A DNA stretch of 58,061 bases from a virus. Lineage: Duplodnaviria > Caudoviricetes. The notes beneath the pieces were generated by a model. The model ran no database searches. It was not told the origin of the DNA and saw only the letters and a list, made by a program, of their open reading frames with translations. The translations under genes were made by a program, and so were the position numbers. This document shows, piece after piece, positions 56,212 to 58,061 of the stretch (position 1 is the first letter of the stretch; every line of letters starts with the position of its first letter). The stretch covers positions 1 to 58,061 of IMG/VR virus record IMGVR_UViG_3300032232_000240; one strand, 5' to 3'.

Positions 56212-56366
56212 TACTTATCCTTCATCTTATTAATAATTTCAAAAGCAGTTTTTATTTTCTCTTCTAAAACTGCAACTCGCAGATCAAGCTTAGATAATAC
56301 AATAATAAGAGTTATAAAGCCTAGTAATATCGGCCATGCTTTAAGAAAAAGTTCTGCAATTTCCAT
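56211..56366 (-). CDS. Small membrane protein (below ORF-track cutoff)
   Basis: MEIAELFLKAWPILLGFITLIIVLSKLDLRVAVLEEK; TAATG coupling on both sides. Confidence 0.65.
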   Translation of the reverse strand: MEIAELFLKAWPILLGFITLIIVLSKLDLRVAVLEEKIKTAFEIINKMKDK

Positions 56367-56677
56367 TACTTTCTCGCCATCCTATCTTCAATAATACTGA
56401 TATGTTTCTGATTATCGTGAATCATATCTCTATTACGCTGTATCTCTTTCTCTAAGTCTTGGCGCAGCTTTTCTCTAGCAAGTTCAGCACCACTATTAGT
56501 GGCTTGTTTATTATCGCTAGTAACAACTAAACTTATTTTAGCATTAAGAACAGTGACATCATGTGTCAATTTATCTAATGCTGACATTAAATAAACAACA
56601 CAAGTAAAAAGTATAGGCAAAACAGCAAAAGCTGTTTTCTCAATAAGTTGAGATTTTGCCTCTAACTTTTCAGTCAT
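56366..56677 (-). CDS. TM plus coiled-coil protein
   Basis: AFAVLPILFTCVVYLM TM helix followed by heptads. Confidence 0.65.
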   Translation of the reverse strand: MTEKLEAKSQLIEKTAFAVLPILFTCVVYLMSALDKLTHDVTVLNAKISLVVTSDNKQATNSGAELAREKLRQDLEKEIQRNRDMIHDNQKHISIIEDRMARK

Positions 56678-56887
56678 TTAAGCTGCTGCTTGACGCAGTG
56701 GGGTGAGGTCTTCCGTAGTCCAGAAGTCTTTGGCGATCATGATGCTCAAGTGTTCCTTGTTGCGCTTGACGCAATCGGACCAGTCGGCATCAGACATAAA
56801 CTCAGGCTTACCATTATTAATAAGGTTTACTGAGTCCATAGCGGCTTTGTAGTGTTGAGCGATCTGCTCTGCGGTAATTTCAATCAT
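56678..56887 (-). CDS. Small tail-fibre-associated protein
   Basis: AAGGAG RBS; directly follows the last fibre gene. Confidence 0.65.
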   Translation of the reverse strand: MIEITAEQIAQHYKAAMDSVNLINNGKPEFMSDADWSDCVKRNKEHLSIMIAKDFWTTEDLTPLRQAAA

Positions 56888-56889
56888 AA

Positions 56890-58061
56890 TTAAACTCCTT
56901 TAAGTTGAGATTTGAGGCTCGCAACCTCGGCTGAAAGTTCTTGAATGGCTTTGATGAGGGGACTGATGAACATCTCGCGGCTAATCGCTTGGATGGTGTC
57001 TTCGTTTCCTGCATCCCAACCGTTAAATGTCAAGCACCCTTCCGCGTCCAGCGCTGCTTTGACTTCCTGCGCGATCAGACCATGGATGACCGTTGTCGTG
57101 TTGCGCTCGTTGGTTTCTTTGTAGTACGGCAAGGACGGGTCTATGTCTGGGGATGCTTTCCAGTTGAACGTGACCGGGCGTAAACGGTTGATAAACGACA
57201 AACCAAGGGAATCGTCTTTAACATTAGTTTTTAGACGAGCATCAGACGTTTGAGTCCAAGTTGCATTAACGGTAAACGCATTGTAAATTTTTCCAGAAGC
57301 AGAGCCAATTGTTACATTGGAATCTGCTTGTCCTGTAAGGTTATAACCTAAGACAACTTGATTGGTCGCACTTACAGAACTTGTTCTAGCAAAACCACCA
57401 ACAATTACGTTGTTTACTCCAGTCGACAATAGAACGGTGTCATAACCGGCTTGACAACCAACCAAAGTGTTTCCAGCACCGGTAACAGAATACCCAGCTT
57501 GATAACCCAAAGCAGTGTTGTGGCTAGCGGTGGTGTTGGAACGAAGTGCTTGATTGCCAAATGCGGTGTTAAACGAACCGGTAGTGTTGGAATACATTGC
57601 CGAAGTATTGTTCGGTGTTCCAACCCCGCCAATAGCTGTGTTTCCTTGTCCTGTTGTGTTGCTATACAAAGCACGATAGCCCATAGCAGTATTGCTTTGT
57701 GAACTACCGCCAGTTGTATTTGAATACCCAGCCTGATAACCTAACGCATCAATGTAACCAGTCGTATTACTATACGCTGCCTGATAACCAACAGCATTGT
57801 TGCTTTCACCGGTGGTGTTGCTAAAAAGCGCCTGAGTACCAACAGCAATGTTATTGGAGCCGGTGGTATTAGAATACAACGCGCTATACGCACCTATTGC
57901 CACATTTAATGAGCCGGTGGTGTTTAGCTGTAAACAATTTTTACCAACTGCAACGTTGGTTCCGGTTGTGTTTGTATATAACGCTTGAACACCAACCGCA
58001 GTGCTTTCCGATCCGGTATTGGAGTAGAGTGATTGGTAACCAACAGCGGTTATGTTAGTGC
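56890..58061 (-). CDS. Tail fibre paralog with S74-type chaperone; 5'-truncated at the window end
   Basis: Frame open from 58059 (TNITAVGYQSLYSN...); YSNTTG repeats; TSDARLKTNV, HGLIAQEV. Confidence 0.88.
   Translation of the reverse strand, partial: TNITAVGYQSLYSNTGSESTAVGVQALYTNTTGTNVAVGKNCLQLNTTGSLNVAIGAYSALYSNTTGSNNIAVGTQALFSNTTGESNNAVGYQAAYSNTTGYIDALGYQAGYSNTTGGSSQSNTAMGYRALYSNTTGQGNTAIGGVGTPNNTSAMYSNTTGSFNTAFGNQALRSNTTASHNTALGYQAGYSVTGAGNTLVGCQAGYDTVLLSTGVNNVIVGGFARTSSVSATNQVVLGYNLTGQADSNVTIGSASGKIYNAFTVNATWTQTSDARLKTNVKDDSLGLSFINRLRPVTFNWKASPDIDPSLPYYKETNERNTTTVIHGLIAQEVKAALDAEGCLTFNGWDAGNEDTIQAISREMFISPLIKAIQELSAEVASLKSQLKGV

Noticed and set aside
57959-58061. Physical direct terminal repeat of the phage
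   Set aside because: The repeat is inside coding sequence and matches 830-932, not the window start; better explained by paralogy or assembly

Overview
Near-complete genome (~57-58 kb) of a podovirus-type dsDNA phage with no RNA polymerase of its own, linearised inside a cluster of paralogous tail-fibre genes. The minus-strand late arm (22304 down to 1, continuing 58061 down to 43588) carries terminase, portal, scaffold, major capsid, tail adaptor/nozzle, three or four repeat-rich fibres (S74-type chaperone C-termini where visible), holin/endolysin and large internal virion proteins. The plus-strand early/replication arm (23603-43587) carries small host-takeover genes, an ADP-ribosylglycohydrolase, a tyrosine integrase, T7-like primase-helicase, family A DNA polymerase, SSB, exonuclease, HNH nuclease, ThyX, NrdA/NrdB and tRNA-Arg(TCT). 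From recall only, the morphogenesis module and the integrase-next-to-primase layout resemble HMO-2011-type podoviruses. The operator motifs suggest a beta- or gammaproteobacterial host. Most interesting: (1) the 1.3-kb non-coding junction holds a Fur-like box, a near-consensus parS, a LexA SOS box and a sigma54 promoter with upstream repeats, although the phage encodes none of the cognate proteins; (2) a candidate ADP-ribosyltransferase module in the largest virion protein is paired with an early ADP-ribosylglycohydrolase; (3) a shared [MFW]xxGGxV peptide occurs in late proteins, with a portal-linked candidate reader domain; (4) a four-copy internal-loop RNA motif sits in the scaffold and capsid leaders. 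All calls come from reading motifs by eye; no searches were run.
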